The position numbers and the translations under genes are program-made. The notes under the pieces were generated by a model. It was not told the DNA's origin. It did not search any database and saw only the letters and a program-made list of their open reading frames with translations. DNA of 63,921 nt, counting the filler, from Rhabdomonas costata (Eukaryota), in the NCBI GenBank assembly GCA_019059605.1. It is 22 parts of 22 records of this genome, joined end to end, with 100 filler letters (N's around TTAATTAATTAA, not from the genome) between each part and the next. Parts side by side here need not be neighbours in the genome. Positions count along the whole stretch, not along the records: positions 58,211 to 61,015 come from JAHMHO010002013.1; positions 61,116 to 63,921 come from JAHMHO010002014.1; 20 more parts are not named here. The stretch is one strand, 5' to 3'. Shown here piece by piece: positions 60,809 through 63,921 of this stretch (its first letter is position 1; each line of letters opens with the position of its first letter).

Positions 60809-61219
60809 CTGTATGGACAGAAGAGAAACAACTGAGGAGTCGCTCCATTCGAAAAGAAAAGGGAAAATCGTAGAAAAAAAATAGCCCATGAATCCACCTT
60901 CAGTCATCATCAGCCCACAGGAACCTGAGCTTCCTCCCACTCGCCTATCAAAGCAGGCAAATAGCATTACAACAATTCTAGTGCAATTGCCCCAAACCAC
61001 CCACCCACCCACAACNNNNNNNNNNNNNNNNNNNNNNNNNNNNNNNNNNNNNNNNNNNNTTAATTAATTAANNNNNNNNNNNNNNNNNNNNNNNNNNNNN
61101 NNNNNNNNNNNNNNNAGCAAGTCCCGCTCTTCGTGGACATTGGCTCGCCTTTTCCCACTTTGGCACACTGCAATTTGCAAATCGCGACAAAAACAGACTG
61201 CTGTGCTTCCCGCCCTTCG

Positions 61220-63775
61220 TCATGAGAGGTCAAAGGATCGGGCTCCCTCCCAGATCGCCGTCCGCAGCTTCTGAAGCATCAGCTCCTTGGTGCTGTACGC
61301 GGGCAGCTTCAGGTAGTGGAAGCACGTGTTGCAGGAGGGAAGCAGGGTCTCGTCCAGCGGTGCAGCCGCTGGCCCGACAGAAACGGGGGCCGCAGCGGAC
61401 GAGGATGCGCTGCTGCCGCTGGTGACGGCACTGTTGGGATCCGTGGCAGAGTCGTCCAAAGGGCTTTGTGTGGCAGGCGGGGTGCCCGATAGAGGAGCGA
61501 TGGTGGGCATGCTGTCCACCCGAAGCACAGAGGAAGCATTCTCCGCAGCTCCCTGCACCCCACACACGCAGCACAATTAACAGATGAAAGCTGCGAAAGG
61601 GACACAACGCAATCGTTTTGGTTTCGATTCAGAGCCTAATCCGATGCATTGACAAAATGCTCAGCTGCGTGGTACAACTGATGAATCGAGGGGCAAGATC
61701 TGCCTTGGCTTTTGGAGTTTAACTGTGTGCGCGTGTGTGTGTGCGCGTACAGAAATCCAGCGGTCCTTATAAACCCCTTCAAAACGTGTCAAGTTTTCAG
61801 CAACACAAGAAGTTACGAAACAGGAACCCGAAATCCGTCAGAGGGACCAAAAAGTTAAATACCTCAAATAGTAACGCGCGTCCAGAAAAGGAAAGGCTTT
61901 TCTCGAGATACGTGAAGTGCTTTGCAGGGAATGGTTAGAGCTATCCAGGTCAACTCCAGCAGGAATGTTGGCAGAGACTGGCAGTAGCTCTTCGCAACGC
62001 CGGCGCCAAACAGCTGTCGGGTGCTTACTCCCCGCTGGGGGGATGGGCCCCTCCTTTCCCTGGAGATGAGCCAGCAGGCTCACCAGATCCTCCCAGCCAA
62101 TAAACGCCCCCCCCTCCCCGTGGTAGGTTAGGATTACAGTGGGTTGACTTTCGCGCGCCTTTCTTCGTCTCGCATCACCCCACTGTCATGCTCTCATCTA
62201 CACGTCTGTGCGATTTATGCGCACGTCCCCATCCCCGTCGTATAGGTCTCTTCCCTTTCAGCAGCCCACGTTTATTTTGTAACTCTGTGAGTTTAAGCGG
62301 AAATAGAAACCCTTTTGCGGGTTCCCCACCTTGCTTGTTTTCATTAACCAAGCTACCGGTGATTAAGAGCCAGGGGTGCGACGACCCAAAGCGAGCTCTC
62401 AAAAAAGAGAAGAAAGCCCACCTATAGAAGAAAGCCCACTCAAGGGTGTTGCACACTTCTCCCAAGGTGGACATGGTATGTGCCGGGGGTGGGGCACAGT
62501 GCTGGATTGCCATAGCCGAAAGTTGTCACGCCAACCCTGTCCCAAGACAACCCTATACCGCTTGTCAACCAATCCTGTCTCAAGAACTCCCGCTGATTCC
62601 TCAAAAAGCTGCTGTCTGCCTTCAGGTGAGGTGTTAGCAGCACCGCCACAACGACCACCACCACTGCCGCCGCCACTGCCACCACCACGCAACCAAACAT
62701 ACCTTGCGCACGACGGTGATCTTGGGGTTCAGCGCGGCGATGCCCCCGATGGGGAGGCAGGGTGAGCCCGTCAGCCACTCCAGAAACCCCCTCTGCTCGG
62801 CCGGGGTCAGCCCCGATCCCAGGACCTCGACCAAGAGCTGGGCCTGGGGGGACTCTGGGGTGTAACCGTGAGCCCAGCACAGCGCGGAGCGCACCTCGGC
62901 GGGGCCCCACAGAGGGATAGTGGGGTCGACCCCTCCGGCCTGCCCGCAGATCAGCCGCGGAAGCTCATCCACGGAGAAGCCCGGGAGCAGGGACCCGGGG
63001 AGGACCTGCGGAGTGAGTGGTGGACGGTACGGTATGGTAGCGTAGGGTAGGGTAGGGCAGGGTAGGGAATGGAATGGAACGGGATGAGATGGGATTGGAA
63101 GGAATGGGGCGAAAAAGCGAAACATGGTAAGAAATGAAATAAAAAATGACAATACAGCTAAAGAAGGTTTGAAATCAATGAGCCAGAGCCTGAATCAAAG
63201 CACAATTGGGAATAACCCCATGCACTCGGAGACAGCAAATTCAATTCGAGCAACAGCAACATCGATCCACTGGAGAAAAACCACTTACCCTCACCCCCTC
63301 GTTCCTAACGTTTCTTGGTGGATAGTTTTTACAAGAAGAAATGAATTATTCCTTAAGCAATCCAGTACGGTGAACGGCGCTTTTTTTTGACCGACCGGAG
63401 CACACAGGGAGTAACCTCAGTGAGGCCCTCGGCGATGGCCTCCACGGGCACCTTCACGCAATGCCACAGCAGCGCCTCGCAAACAATGCCGACGTACTGT
63501 GCAGCGTTCTCCGGGGTGACCTCCAGGGGCGAGGCTTCACCATCGCCTTCTCCGCTGCCTGGGGCTCCAGCCCGCGCGTCACCCCTTAAAAAGACGTGTG
63601 AAAATGAAGGTAACCATTTAAAAGTCTACAGATAAGATACAAGATACACTCCCTAGAAGAGCAGTTGTCACGAGTACACCGAGTACTGCGAACCCCCCTG
63701 GCCTTCCGTTGGTGGCGTCACATCATCATCCGGCATCACGGTGGTGGCAAGTTCTCCCAAACAAACGCTTTTGCT
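61220..63775 (-). CDS. HECT E3 ubiquitin ligase C-terminus (UPL3/TRIP12/UFD4-like)
   Basis: Exons ~63775-63680, 63584-63416, 63005-62703 and 61552-61220. Motifs: HGYTPESP, FLEWLTGSPCLPIGG..ALNPKITVVRK, LPSCNTCFHYLKLPAYS, EG..SFDLS*. Confidence 0.95.
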
Positions 63776-63921
63776 CGAGGCAGGTGACATTGAGCGCAAT
63801 ATTCAGGGGCCGAACAGAAGTGAGATGGTTTCTCATTTCTCAATTCTTAACCAGGGCTTGATTGCCTCCCCAAGTCAGTTCCCATGCCAGATCAATGCCC
63901 TTCCCGCCTTCCACCCCCACC

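Noticed and set aside
1-63921. Alternative genetic code, or euglenid non-conventional introns
   Set aside because: All reconstructed genes read with the standard code and GT(GC)-AG boundaries. No in-frame stops in intact genes.

Overview
This window is not one locus. It is 22 unrelated ~2.8-kb eukaryotic contigs joined by 21 artificial 100-bp linkers (44 N + TTAATTAATTAA + 44 N), so no synteny exists across linkers. The DNA comes from an intron-rich, probably flagellated protist with mitochondria. A euglenozoan-like affinity is inferred from the LRR family and the degenerate GT-N-Y-G splice donors, not proven. Most contigs hold partial multi-exon genes that I could splice in frame by hand: succinyl-CoA synthetase beta, SAS-4/CENPJ, a DAACS transporter, a sphingosine kinase-like protein, NXT1, a receiver-domain protein, a class III cyclase, DRC1, a CRT10-like WD40 protein, a mitochondrial CDF transporter, a GT4 glycosyltransferase, SCCPDH, a CEP164-like WW protein, an LRR protein, DNA-PKcs, ODC, V-ATPase subunit a, a GCC2/GCC3 protein, an F-box/LRR protein, a kelch protein and a HECT E3 ligase. 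Introns and flanks carry several MITE-like elements and a dispersed repeat family, and one contig starts with a decayed bacterial-type ABC ATPase fragment. The standout is 30871-31963. It holds a regularly spaced array of about 10 strand-specific hairpins built from GNA triloops, tandem sheared G.A pairs and GNA/GNA zippers, with covarying stems. A strongly A/C-skewed ~122-bp tandem repeat follows. This looks like the non-coding signature of an element that works as single-stranded DNA.
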